A stretch of 64,000 bases of DNA from a virus: the IMG/VR virus record IMGVR_UViG_3300044837_000085, positions 1 to 64,000 of that record; one strand, written 5' to 3'. A program made the translations under genes and the position numbers. Positions 10,323 to 19,599 of the stretch are shown here, piece after piece. The first letter of the stretch is position 1, and every line of letters begins with the position of its first letter. The notes under the pieces were generated by a model, which was given only the letters and a program-made list of their open reading frames with translations, had not been told where the DNA came from and did no database searches.

Positions 10323-10814
10323 ATGATGATTCTCGGCAAGTGGAGATCGTCGGTGGAAAATGTTTTGAAGCATACGCTTCTGGTCGAATACAAGGAAATT
10401 GTAGCGAAAATTTCCGAGTCTCAGCAGGCCATAAAACATCTGGCACCTCGTCAAGATGCGCTGGCGAAGCTGCTCGAAGCATATGGGTGGCTGGCGGACA
10501 TAGAAAAGTTGGAGGCTGACGATGATCTCGCGACCGAAAGCGGCAAGTCCAAAGGCAAGAAAATCGAGGAACTGACCGTGCTCTTTTTTGCCGATAACAA
10601 CAATCAATGGACCCGCTTGTCGGATGTCTATGTGTATCTCACCGAGAAGGGCCTTTATGTCGGCGGCAAGAATCCGAACTCGCTCTTGAGCGCGCACCTG
10701 TCGAACAGTGAGCTTTTTGAGGGTGATAGGACGAAAGGTTGGCGAATAAAGCCGGAGCACTTCGTCGACAAGCGGCCCAAGGGCGGCATTCGGCCGCGCG
10801 AACTGGCTGAATAA
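10323..10814 (+). CDS. IS passenger: coiled-coil plus winged-helix protein
   Basis: helical N-terminus; GGKNPNSLLSAHLS..F....KGW wHTH-like C-terminus. Confidence 0.6.
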   Translation: MMILGKWRSSVENVLKHTLLVEYKEIVAKISESQQAIKHLAPRQDALAKLLEAYGWLADIEKLEADDDLATESGKSKGKKIEELTVLFFADNNNQWTRLSDVYVYLTEKGLYVGGKNPNSLLSAHLSNSELFEGDRTKGWRIKPEHFVDKRPKGGIRPRELAE

Positions 10815-10817
10815 GAC

Positions 10818-10847
10818 AAGGCCCGAACGATTTCTCGTTCGGGCCTT
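10818..10847 (+). terminator. strong hairpin after passenger gene
   Basis: aaggcccgaacga-tttc-tcgttcgggcctt, 13-bp perfect stem. Confidence 0.55.
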
Positions 10848-10856
10848 CGTAAACTC

Positions 10857-10927
10857 GGGGATGGCGTAGTGCGGGCTGTCGGTTGTCCACCCAGCGGCCC
10901 GAGGGTGCAAATCCCTCCGTCTCCACC
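10857..10927 (+). ncRNA. tRNA-like / tmRNA-TLD-like mini RNA
   Basis: acceptor stem GGGGATG/CGTCTCC plus ACC with G3:U70; T-arm GAGGG-TGCAAAT-CCCTC; no D-stem. Confidence 0.5.
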
Positions 10928-11059
10928 TTCCTCTCCTGTCGTCAAACGGGAGAGTCGGAAGGCCTCGTAAAGAGGCCGGGAACGGGGTCGCTGTCTTTTG
11001 ACGGGCGGCGACCCCAGTTCTTCCACTCTTTATATAGAGTACTGGCGAATCGGTCCAGC

Positions 11060-11296
11060 TTAAACCGCGTTAACAATCTTGGAACCACTGATTCCATTCG
11101 ATTTATCGTCGCCAAAGAATGAAATCCCGCCCTTTTCCAGAGCAGCTTGAATTGCCGCTAGGTTGTTCCTGGTCGGTTCGCGGCGGCCTGCCTCAAAGTC
11201 CCGAACGGTCGAAACGCCCACGTTCGCGGCTTTTGCAAGCGCGTCTTGAGGCCAATTTAGCCATGCTCGGGCGGCCCGACACTGTTCCGGAGTCAT
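11060..11296 (-). CDS. XRE-family HTH regulator
   Basis: MTPEQCRAARAWLNWPQDALAKAANVGVSTVRDFEAG. Confidence 0.9.
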   Translation of the reverse strand: MTPEQCRAARAWLNWPQDALAKAANVGVSTVRDFEAGRREPTRNNLAAIQAALEKGGISFFGDDKSNGISGSKIVNAV

Positions 11297-11404
11297 TCTC
11301 GCAAAATAGTGATGTAAAGGAATTAGGTCAAGGTCAACGATTTAAGTTGACGCCATTACTCTCAACGCTTATCAATGAGGTCAACGGAAAACGTTGGTCT
11401 CAGA

Positions 11405-12370
11405 ATGTCTCAGCACTTCCTCCTTTCGGCAAAGGCCCGTTCGCTAAGTTTAGCGAAGGTCGCCCGTTTGTCGGACGAGGAAGCCTATCAGACCTTCAAG
11501 CTGGTCCGTTGGGCCGCCACTGACGGCGCGCCATTCTGCCCTCGCTGCGGCTGTGTCGCGGTCTACACCTACGCGACCCGCAAGCTGTTCAAGTGCAAAG
11601 CCTGCAACCATCAATTCAGCGTCACGTCCGGGACGATCTTCGCCAGCCGCAAGCTTTCAATCCGCGATTACCTCTTGGCGATTGCGATCTTCGTGAACGG
11701 TGCGAAGGGTCACAGCGCCTTGCAATTGAGCCGTGACCTGGATTGCCAGTACAAGTCGGCGTTCGTCATGGCGCACAAAATCCGCGAAGCCCTCGCTTCG
11801 GAGTCGCGCGGCGCAACTGTCGCCGGTGAGGTCGAAATTGACGGTGCATATTTCGGTGGTCATGTGCGCCCGGCCAACAACAAGATCAATCGCCGCGACC
11901 GTCGCCTTGCTGAAAACCAAACCGGCAAACGCCGCGTGGTTGTCATCATGCGCGAGCGCGGCGGTCGCACGCTGCCTTTCGTGTTCAAGTCGGAAGATGC
12001 TTCCGTTGTGACGATTGCTCGCACCGTTGCTCCGGGCAGCATCGTTCATGCCGACGAAGCGACGCATTGGGACGCGCTACATGCGCGCTTCTTGACCAAG
12101 CGTATCAATCACTCTGAGGCGTACTCGACTGAGGAAGCCAACACCAATCAGGCGGAGTCGTTTTTCTCTCGCCTGCGCCGCGCTGAAATCGGCATCCACC
12201 ACCATATCGCCGGTCCGTATCTGTCGGCCTACGCGAGCGAAATGGCATGGCGGGAAAACAATCGCCGCGTCAGCAACGGCGAGCAATACCTAATGACGAC
12301 CAGCGCAGCGCTCACGCATCCGGTCTCACGGCAATGGAAGGGCTATTGGCAGCGATCATCCAATAGTTGA
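11405..12370 (+). CDS. IS1595-family transposase
   Basis: CPRCG..CKAC Zn ribbon, EVEIDGAYFGG, HADE, NQAESFFSRLRR. Confidence 0.95.
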   Translation: MSQHFLLSAKARSLSLAKVARLSDEEAYQTFKLVRWAATDGAPFCPRCGCVAVYTYATRKLFKCKACNHQFSVTSGTIFASRKLSIRDYLLAIAIFVNGAKGHSALQLSRDLDCQYKSAFVMAHKIREALASESRGATVAGEVEIDGAYFGGHVRPANNKINRRDRRLAENQTGKRRVVVIMRERGGRTLPFVFKSEDASVVTIARTVAPGSIVHADEATHWDALHARFLTKRINHSEAYSTEEANTNQAESFFSRLRRAEIGIHHHIAGPYLSAYASEMAWRENNRRVSNGEQYLMTTSAALTHPVSRQWKGYWQRSSNS

Positions 12371-12655
12371 GCCGGGGCAAATTTTCCCCAATATCTTGTG
12401 GATAGGGCAGCAAATGGCTGAAAATAGATTGGATGCGGCGGCACGAAATAGCTGATTCCCGTTAACCGTTCACCAAGTAAGTACATGAAATAACATGATA
12501 TTTTCGAGTCGCGGGGTCCATACACCCGAACCTAGATTCTGTCAACGATTAGTTTGTGTATAAGGTCCTTACCCTATAAAATGCTCCTACGAATCGTTTT
12601 GAGGAGGTCGCCCGCCGCCCACGGCGGGCGCAAACACGATTCGCGGGAGATTCCG

Positions 12656-12868
12656 ATGACTACTACCAACAAGAACCAGCGCAAATTTGGTCCGGTAGAG
12701 TGGTCCCCTTCAGTTTTGGAGAAGATTTACAACTGCCCTACCGAAAATAATGATTCGGTGGTCACCCTGGACACGGTGAAGGGCTGGGTCACCTACTTTG
12801 AGAGCCACGAACAGGGATTCCGCGATAGCCATAAGGGAATACTTGCGCAAATTGAGGGGACTCTGTAA
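12656..12868 (+). CDS. IS passenger hypothetical protein
   Basis: ORF with ggag RBS. Confidence 0.5.
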   Translation: MTTTNKNQRKFGPVEWSPSVLEKIYNCPTENNDSVVTLDTVKGWVTYFESHEQGFRDSHKGILAQIEGTL

Positions 12869-12894
12869 ATCGCGCGCGTAGAGGTACACCTCGA

Positions 12895-13476
12895 ATGGAT
12901 CGTATCGCAGTACGGACGGGCTTTTTTGTCAAAATTTACTCCGGTCTAAAGCGCATTCTGCCAGAGATTTATGGGCAGACAAATTTCGATTCCAAAGACG
13001 AGCATTACCTCATTCATCTATTTTTCTTGATGAATGATCGCTACAAAGAACTGCGCCTTCAGAGCGCCACCCACAGAACAAATGACACGAAAAAGGCCGC
13101 GTTGACCGTTGCGGCCATCATGGCGATGAGACCCATTACCGGCCCGCCCGATGCGTCAACCAGCCTGAAGCAATTCTACGCTAACCCCATCTTTGCATTG
13201 GCATGCGCCACAGCCATCATCAGGAAGCCTCTCTACGCCGGGGTAGAAGCAGAAAAAATCCACTTTTATACTTGGTTGGATACGCTCAGATGGCCGTCTA
13301 CTGAGCCATTTATCAGGGACGCGGAAGCGCAGGCAAATACCACCCCGGACCCGTTGGCGCTGACCCTAACGGAAATATCGCAAATCGATATGATCGTCTT
13401 GAATTTGGTCTCCTCTAGTCGCTGCATCGATCTAGAGCAACGACTGTTAGACTTAAATCCAGACGAGGAAGTCTAG
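12895..13476 (+). CDS. IS passenger hypothetical protein
   Basis: 193-aa ORF with gagg RBS. Confidence 0.65.
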   Translation: MDRIAVRTGFFVKIYSGLKRILPEIYGQTNFDSKDEHYLIHLFFLMNDRYKELRLQSATHRTNDTKKAALTVAAIMAMRPITGPPDASTSLKQFYANPIFALACATAIIRKPLYAGVEAEKIHFYTWLDTLRWPSTEPFIRDAEAQANTTPDPLALTLTEISQIDMIVLNLVSSSRCIDLEQRLLDLNPDEEV

Positions 13477-13916
13477 CTCTTCCCCCGATCTATCTCCCAC
13501 AGCATGTATTGCCCCGGTCCCTGATCGCAGCGGACAACCCCGTTTTCCCGCTGGCCTCGGAGCGCGACCCCGACCCGCTTTGTCATGAGCCGCAACAGCC
13601 GCATGTCGCTCTTATCCAAGGCCCGCTCGACAAGTAGCTGCAAGGCAATGTCGCGTGTGGTGAGCGGTTCTGCGGCTTGGCGCAGCACGCTCAGGATAAT
13701 GCGGGACATCTGGCCCCGGTTGCTCCAATCCTTCGGCGGGCGGAACGCCTTGGGCTTGATGGTTTCGACCTGAAAATCAGGGTCAAACTGGACAATGGTG
13801 GCGTCCAGGCTTTCAAGGTCCAGCACCATCTTTCGCAGGGATTCATGGGTGTTTTCGATATCGCCCGCCAGTTGGGCGCGGCGCTTTACCAGCCCGCTCA
13901 AAACAAACTCGTTCAT
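13473..13916 (-). CDS. IS-end accessory protein (coiled coil plus wHTH), paralog of 17815-18261
   Basis: shared LAG..., I.PK, RG..SR....LR..AEP.TTR.I...LL motifs. Confidence 0.75.
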   Translation of the reverse strand: MNEFVLSGLVKRRAQLAGDIENTHESLRKMVLDLESLDATIVQFDPDFQVETIKPKAFRPPKDWSNRGQMSRIILSVLRQAAEPLTTRDIALQLLVERALDKSDMRLLRLMTKRVGVALRGQRENGVVRCDQGPGQYMLWEIDRGKS

Positions 13917-14403
13917 GGCTATCTCCCCTGAAAACAGGCGGAGATAGTAGGATTGCAGGCAGCATTGCCGCCAGCCGTGCTAAGGTGAGTTTGCTACCTA
14001 ATGCCGGAAACCTGAGCAGCTATCTTCCGCCGAGTTGCTGGATCTGGTTCGCGACCCAATGTTGACGGAGCAACTGCGATTAGCAAAAGAGCGCGGAGAG
14101 CTCGGCGTGTTGTCTCGTCAGACACGCGACATAGACATTGAAGCCGCGACAATGGAAACGCTAGACACTGCTCTCGCTGAGTGCCGATGCTGGCATGCCA
14201 CTTATCCAGAAACGGATGACTGGGAACTGGTTTCGTGGCTTGAAGCTAGAATCCAGGATGAGATTATGACCAGGGCAATCAGTAAGATCGCAGGCGGTCA
14301 AAGAATACCCCACGGGGCCAGATAAGAATTATACACCCTTGGGGCCAGAACGAACTGATTTTGCCTTACCCCTGGATGCGGCTGATTTTGAGGAGGATTT
14401 TTA

Positions 14404-14730
14404 GTGGTGTCGAAATATTCAGGCTATCTAAAGCCTCATGAAAAGAGGATTCGAGGGCTCGCGCGCAAGGGTAAAAGTCCCATGGAAATTGGACGTATCC
14501 TTTACGACGAAGGCGTGCGTTCGCCGTTAGATACCAAGCATGACGGCGCAACTCGCGGCATCGACCATGCCAGGACATTCGGCGGGCTGGTGCGCCACAT
14601 GCTAAAGCAGGAGGATGAGAAGGCGCTGCGGGAACGCATTAAGCACGCGAAGAAAGAACTGCGAGATGCAGAGCGACTCCTTGGTTCTCTCATTGCGCGC
14701 CGGGAAAAGAAAGCCGCAAAGGCTCAATAA
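14404..14730 (+). CDS. hypothetical protein, possible HTH
   Basis: gaggagga RBS; LARKGKSPMEIGRIL. Confidence 0.6.
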   Translation: MVSKYSGYLKPHEKRIRGLARKGKSPMEIGRILYDEGVRSPLDTKHDGATRGIDHARTFGGLVRHMLKQEDEKALRERIKHAKKELRDAERLLGSLIARREKKAAKAQ

Positions 14731-14760
14731 CCCCCGGCTACGATTACTTTTCACCCCGAC

Positions 14761-15258
14761 TTGCGCCTTAATAGAGAGGAGGAGAAATTGTACGTTCACT
14801 ATTCGCCGCGCCGAGTTGACGTTGTTCAATCGCTCGAACAGGAATCAATTGCGCACTTCAAACCAAACGGCCTTTGGATTACCATCGAAGGAGAGGACGG
14901 TTGGAAAGATTGGTGCGAGAATAACGATTGGAGTAAGACATCGCTCAAGTTTGCCCATGACGTTTTGCTGAGCAACGACGCCAAGATACTGCGCATTTCG
15001 TCAGCGGCCGATATCTATGACCTGACGGATCGCTACACGCCAGCGAAGTCCAGAGATCATCCGTACTCGATGCGAATGATCGAATGGAAGCGGGTCGCCA
15101 AGGACTATCAAGGCATCCTAATCGTGCCCTATATTTGGTCCGAGCGTCTTAGCGAAACCAATCGCTGGTACTATGCCTGGGATTGCGCCTCTGGCTGCAT
15201 TTGGGATGCTGATGCTATCGAATCAATCCGCGTTCGCGCAATGGAATCCACGCCATGA
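14761..15258 (+). CDS. hypothetical phage protein
   Basis: KPNGLW...YQGI...WYYAWDCASGCIW. Confidence 0.7.
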   Translation: MRLNREEEKLYVHYSPRRVDVVQSLEQESIAHFKPNGLWITIEGEDGWKDWCENNDWSKTSLKFAHDVLLSNDAKILRISSAADIYDLTDRYTPAKSRDHPYSMRMIEWKRVAKDYQGILIVPYIWSERLSETNRWYYAWDCASGCIWDADAIESIRVRAMESTP

Positions 15259-15491
15259 TCGACACCGTAGCCAAGGCGATCATGCAATGGGCTATCCCGT
15301 TTAACGATTGGGATAGTCAGACAGAGGAAGTGCGCGAGCGGTGGCGAGGCGCGACTAGGGTTGTGATTGAAGCGATGCGCGAGCCGACAGACATAATGAC
15401 ACTCCAGCATGGCGGCAGAATCACAAATAATGAGGCTGCTTACGTCTGGCGAGACATGATCGACGCAGCACTCACCCCCGCTGACGGCTGA
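15255..15491 (+). CDS. hypothetical phage protein
   Basis: AMREPT...WRDMIDAAL phage-type motif. Confidence 0.65.
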   Translation: MIDTVAKAIMQWAIPFNDWDSQTEEVRERWRGATRVVIEAMREPTDIMTLQHGGRITNNEAAYVWRDMIDAALTPADG

Positions 15492-15537
15492 TTCCACGCT
15501 ACCCGTGGCTACGACTGATTTTGGAGAGGAGGATAAG

Positions 15538-16299
15538 ATGGACGAGGACGACTATAGAAATCCCAATCCGGATGACGCGACCGAGGTTGCTGCGATCGAG
15601 CTTTGCCGCATAGTTGGTCTTCTGCCCTGGGTTTGCGGTGATCAGCCCGGATTTCAAGGCGACTACAATATGAATTGGGCGCGTCATGAAATTGACCACG
15701 CGCTCGCCGTTCGATCTGCGATGTTGAAGGCGGGACTTCTTAATCCAAACGCATCGCCTGAGTTTGAATATCCAGACGGTCCTCGGGTTCGGATTGAAAT
15801 TGCGGCCGGATCCGGAGGCATCGAACCACAAGACTTTGCAATAATGATCCGACGAATGTACCTGCGATGGGCGGAGCGAAATGGAATCAAGGTAGAGCCC
15901 GGAAAAAGTCCCGGCGAGACGCTAGAATTTTCTGGAGAGCGAGCCGCGATGCTTCTCTCGGAAAATGGAGTTCACAGGATGGTGCGGATCAGTCCGCACG
16001 ACCGCGAGAACAGACGCCATACCAGCTTTGTCGCAGTCAAGGCCGCGCGATTGGTCAACCGTTGGGCGGTCCTGAGCGTCAATAGGCGCGAGTCGCATCT
16101 TTGGGGAAACCAGATTCGCTCCTACGTTTTTGATCCTTACAAAATGGTGAAGGACTTGCGAACCGGCGTTCAGCGCGAAGACGTTGATAATGTTCTCGAC
16201 GGAGACATTGACGATTTTCTCTTAGCAGCCAAGGCCGCTGGCTTTCCGCACAATCATGACGAAAACGGTCCAACTCCCGAAGCTGCGGTTATGGATTAA
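15538..16299 (+). CDS. peptide chain release factor 2-like protein lacking the GGQ domain
   Basis: AGSGG..QDFA..I.RMYLRWAE, ENGVHRMVRISPHD...RRHTSF, WGNQIRSYVFDPYKMVKDLRTG...VLDGDIDDF; no GGQ. Confidence 0.85.
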   Translation: MDEDDYRNPNPDDATEVAAIELCRIVGLLPWVCGDQPGFQGDYNMNWARHEIDHALAVRSAMLKAGLLNPNASPEFEYPDGPRVRIEIAAGSGGIEPQDFAIMIRRMYLRWAERNGIKVEPGKSPGETLEFSGERAAMLLSENGVHRMVRISPHDRENRRHTSFVAVKAARLVNRWAVLSVNRRESHLWGNQIRSYVFDPYKMVKDLRTGVQREDVDNVLDGDIDDFLLAAKAAGFPHNHDENGPTPEAAVMD

Positions 16300-16339
16300 A
16301 TATCACGGGCGCTTAATGCCCAACTGAAAGGACACAACC

Positions 16340-16690
16340 ATGTCACCCCCAAGATTCGTCCATAAGAAGATCACCGCAACCGACTTCAACAACGAACTCG
16401 CACGCCAGGGCATGAGCCCGCAGACCTTCACCCGGATCTGGTGCCAGAACCTCACCACCACGACACGATGGGCGAACGGGCAGAACGATATCCCGACATG
16501 GGTTCCGATCGCGTTGACGATGATGACGCTACCGAACGCCATGAGTACGGCAAGAACCGCAGCAGCAGCGATGATCGAGAAGGACACGCTTAACCCGCAC
16601 TTGGGGGACTTCCCTTATCTGCGGGCACGGCAGTTGCCGGAGGATGCGGACGACCCCATGGGGCCAGATGACGGTCGTGGGGCCAGATAA
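16340..16690 (+). CDS. HTH-like protein
   Basis: GMSPQTFTRI...TTTRWANGQNDIP. Confidence 0.6.
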   Translation: MSPPRFVHKKITATDFNNELARQGMSPQTFTRIWCQNLTTTTRWANGQNDIPTWVPIALTMMTLPNAMSTARTAAAAMIEKDTLNPHLGDFPYLRARQLPEDADDPMGPDDGRGAR

Positions 16691-16829
16691 TCAAGGCCCC
16701 AGCCTACGACTGATTTCCGGTCACTCCCGGCTACGGCTGATTTTGCGAGACGCCCATGGAATATCCGGTACTGGCCCCTTTCCATCCGAAATTTCGGAGG
16801 GTGGTCCCTTTTGATTTTTGGAGTGGTCC

Positions 16830-16951
16830 CTTTTGGTAGTTGTAGAATGTCCGCTTTGGTATTGGGGTCTGGCTTCATGTTGGAAAATGTACTGCATTAT
16901 GCAGTACAGTCAAGCGAATTCGCTTGCGCTGTGATGCATGATGCAGTACAT
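16830..16951 (-). mobile_element. orphan IS-like end with palindromic subterminal repeats and a truncated ORF start
   Basis: atgtactgcatcatgca...tgtactgcataatgcagtacat followed by MKPDPNTKADILQLPK; it truncates the neighbouring ORF; no partner end found. Confidence 0.4.
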
Positions 16952-17221
16952 TAACCGTGCGTTGGGGGTAGCATCCGTATCGACCACATCAGCATGGAAA
17001 TAAGAAACGTAAGACTTACCTCTGATGAATTTGTGCCCTGATGTTAATATGCAGGTGCCGTCGCCCCTCTGGTGCCAACTACAAATGGACACTAAAAGAT
17101 TTTTCTTATTGGGACATGGATCATTGAGGACGATATGCAGATGCCCCCGCTCCCTGTCATGTTTGGGACCAGTGCCCGGAATATGAAGAGTGGTTCGTTG
17201 GAGTGGGTAAAATAGTTTCAT
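16910..17221 (-). pseudogene. putative toxin partner of the Panacea antitoxin, 3' end replaced by IS end
   Basis: HLHIVLNDP....LLVSI.S PemK-like pattern; overlaps the antitoxin stop codon. Confidence 0.5.
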
Positions 17222-17756
17222 GAACCGAAAAGGGAAGAAACTCTCCTCCGATAAGAAATTTCTTGCTCAATGTGATCCGGATCGGACTCACCAACCGCTT
17301 CTGCCATTTCACGATATGTGATTGGTAGGCGACCGCTTTTGACTTCCTTGTATTCTGGGCAATTGTCGTGGGTCCATTTTCGAATTTGGTGAGATGTCAT
17401 TTCACCAAACCGCTTCCAAATATTTCCCAACACATCCATTTCAGCATCGCTTAGTTCATCCAGAGATTCCCTCTCAATGACGCGCCGCGCGGGCTGAACT
17501 TTTTTGTTATCCTTCAAACTTACGAGAGATGACCACCCATCTTTGTCAATGTTACCATTGATGCCATTGAGTACGCTGGAACAGACGGGGCCGTCCTTCA
17601 TGGAAAATAGTTCGTCATAGAGCATGGGTTGCCCATGCCTAGAAACGAACTCTCGTTCTGCTAGGTAAATCAACTTAATAAGTTTGAGCTTTTCGATACC
17701 TGGCTGCCGACCCGCGAAGTAGGCCACAGCCTGAGCAGCCTTTCGGCTCTGAAATC
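17218..17756 (-). pseudogene. Panacea/SocA (DUF4065) antitoxin-like gene, 5' end cut by IS
   Basis: KLKLIKLIYLAER....GPV...IRKWTH..PEY. Confidence 0.8.
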
Positions 17757-17814
17757 CGGTATTATGGCGCAAACGCCACAAGAATTTCAGGCATCGCCAC
17801 CATAGCTTGCGGCT

Positions 17815-18261
17815 ATGCCACACGCCAAGATACTAACCAAGCAAGCCCTCTATACCCTCAGCCAATTGCATAGCGAGTTGGCGGGGAAGCTGAGCGCCAA
17901 CCGGCGGGAGACCAAGCGGCTACGGCTTTCGATATTCCAGGTTGAGGCCGTCATGAAGCTGCTCAGCCCGGAAGTGAATTTGCGGCTGATCGCGCCCAAG
18001 CGGCGAAATGTCGGCAATCCGTGGTTCAAGCGCGGGACACTCTCTAGGGCCGTCATAGACACGCTACGGCGGTCGGCGGAGCCCATGACGACCCGCCAGA
18101 TTACGGACGCTCTATTGGTTGGGAAGCAGCCAACAGCCAACCGGCACCAAACCATGGTCCTGCAAGCGGCGGTTCTGGCGATCCTGCGAAGGCGGAATGG
18201 GACGGCGGTAGTCGGCGGCGATACCGTGCCGCAACGGTGGCGTTTGAAAGAGACCGCTTGA
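17815..18261 (+). CDS. IS-end accessory protein, paralog of 13473-13916
   Basis: shared motifs, same position relative to IS end. Confidence 0.75.
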   Translation: MPHAKILTKQALYTLSQLHSELAGKLSANRRETKRLRLSIFQVEAVMKLLSPEVNLRLIAPKRRNVGNPWFKRGTLSRAVIDTLRRSAEPMTTRQITDALLVGKQPTANRHQTMVLQAAVLAILRRRNGTAVVGGDTVPQRWRLKETA

Positions 18262-19320
18262 GAAGGTGGAATCAGTGATATCGTGCTGGAGGCGGTCTAT
18301 CTGGGGAGGAATGCCATGGGATGGTTTAGCGGGAAAACAGCGATAGGCGGCAGTCAGATTTCCAATTGGGTACTCGTTCTAGTGGCTGTCATGGTAATCT
18401 GGTTTATCTACGCATTCGCCGTGCGCTGAGTGAAGGGTCACTGGCGGCCAGCCCGGCGCGGTGGAGGTTGAAGGCGGCCTCATAAAAGCTTGAAGAACAC
18501 AAAGGTGAGGCCGCCCACTAACAGAGCCATCCAGATCAGCGACAGACGAAAATACAGGTCGGGGCGGTTCATCGGGCCAAGCCCTCGCCGACTAAGACGA
18601 CCAACTTAGCGCTCTTGCGGGAGCGCCAACCGGAACGCTAGCACCCGGTTCCGTGGCCGGAAAGCGAAATTGGGAAAAAGCGGCAATTGGCTGCTTCGGA
18701 ACCAAAGACCCGCAAAATCAGTTGGAATAGTCGGGTGCGCTCGCGGATCGAGCGCTACCGAGCTAAGCGGTCTCAGCCCTCCCCCTGGGTTGGGGCCGTT
18801 TCTTTTGGGTCTCAAGAACCATGAGGGCAACGGTGTGATACAGATCAAAGATAAATATCCCGCAAGGTGGCAACTGAATAGCGTTTAGGCGAAGAATCGG
18901 TCAAAAACCGCCCCATTCTGGGCAGGCCCAACCGCGTAAACCAAGACGAAGTAAAGCTCAAAAACGCCCCTAAATTGCGTGTTAGAGCCTTGATTTCCGC
19001 AAATTGGACGCGAATATTAAGGTTGCTACAACTGAACCAAGGGCAGACTGGCCCCTACTACCGTGGTGGGAAGTTCTGCATCTGCAAGCCTTCGGTTGGA
19101 GAATTACCATGGCCTCGACTATTTTGGATTATTTGGGTTACGTCTCGGTTGCGATGATGGTTGTTCTAGCGGTCGTTAACCTACTTGTAATTGCCGATCA
19201 AAAGTACCATCGTTCGGGGATAGTAGAACGCGGTGTCAAGCGCGCGCAGTTTTATATTGGTGTGTTACGTTTCGGGGGTGGTGGCGCTCGCGGCTTCGAT
19301 GGGCCTCACCATGAAGGGTA

Positions 19321-19599
19321 ATGGCGCTTGGTGTTTATGAGACTTATGGGGTTGGAGTTCTGGGTAGTGTAGCTATCGAGATTGCCGCAGCGTTGAAATT
19401 AGCTGTGAAGATGGATGGCATATGCCCTCCAATATACAAGCGTCCCTTCTTCGTCGGCCTACGAATAATTTTCGCTCTACTGGCGGCCGGCCCATTGTCG
19501 GTGATGATGGATGCGCCAAGCTATTGGGCAGCATTTTATTATGGTGTTACAGCCCCCGTTCTGTTTGATCGACTGGCGCGCGGGCTACAGCCAGATTAG
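19321..19599 (+). CDS. small membrane protein (IS passenger)
   Basis: hydrophobic segments. Confidence 0.55.
   Translation: MALGVYETYGVGVLGSVAIEIAAALKLAVKMDGICPPIYKRPFFVGLRIIFALLAAGPLSVMMDAPSYWAAFYYGVTAPVLFDRLARGLQPD

Larger units (their letters stand above)
10202..14006 (+). mobile_element. 3.8-kb IS1595-family transporter element with five passenger genes
   Basis: perfect 23-bp TIR cggcattaggtagcaaactcacc; 8-bp TSD gaaacctg (10194-10201, 14007-14014). Confidence 0.95.
10177..14325 (+). pseudogene. small gene interrupted by IS1595 element
   Basis: TTG start after gaggagga; MSFFRRKPE joins QLSSAELLDLVRDP... after removing the IS. Confidence 0.7.

Noticed and set aside
16887-16952. Stand-alone MITE formed by the atgtactgca inverted repeats
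   Set aside because: No flanking TSD; better explained as one IS end with subterminal repeats
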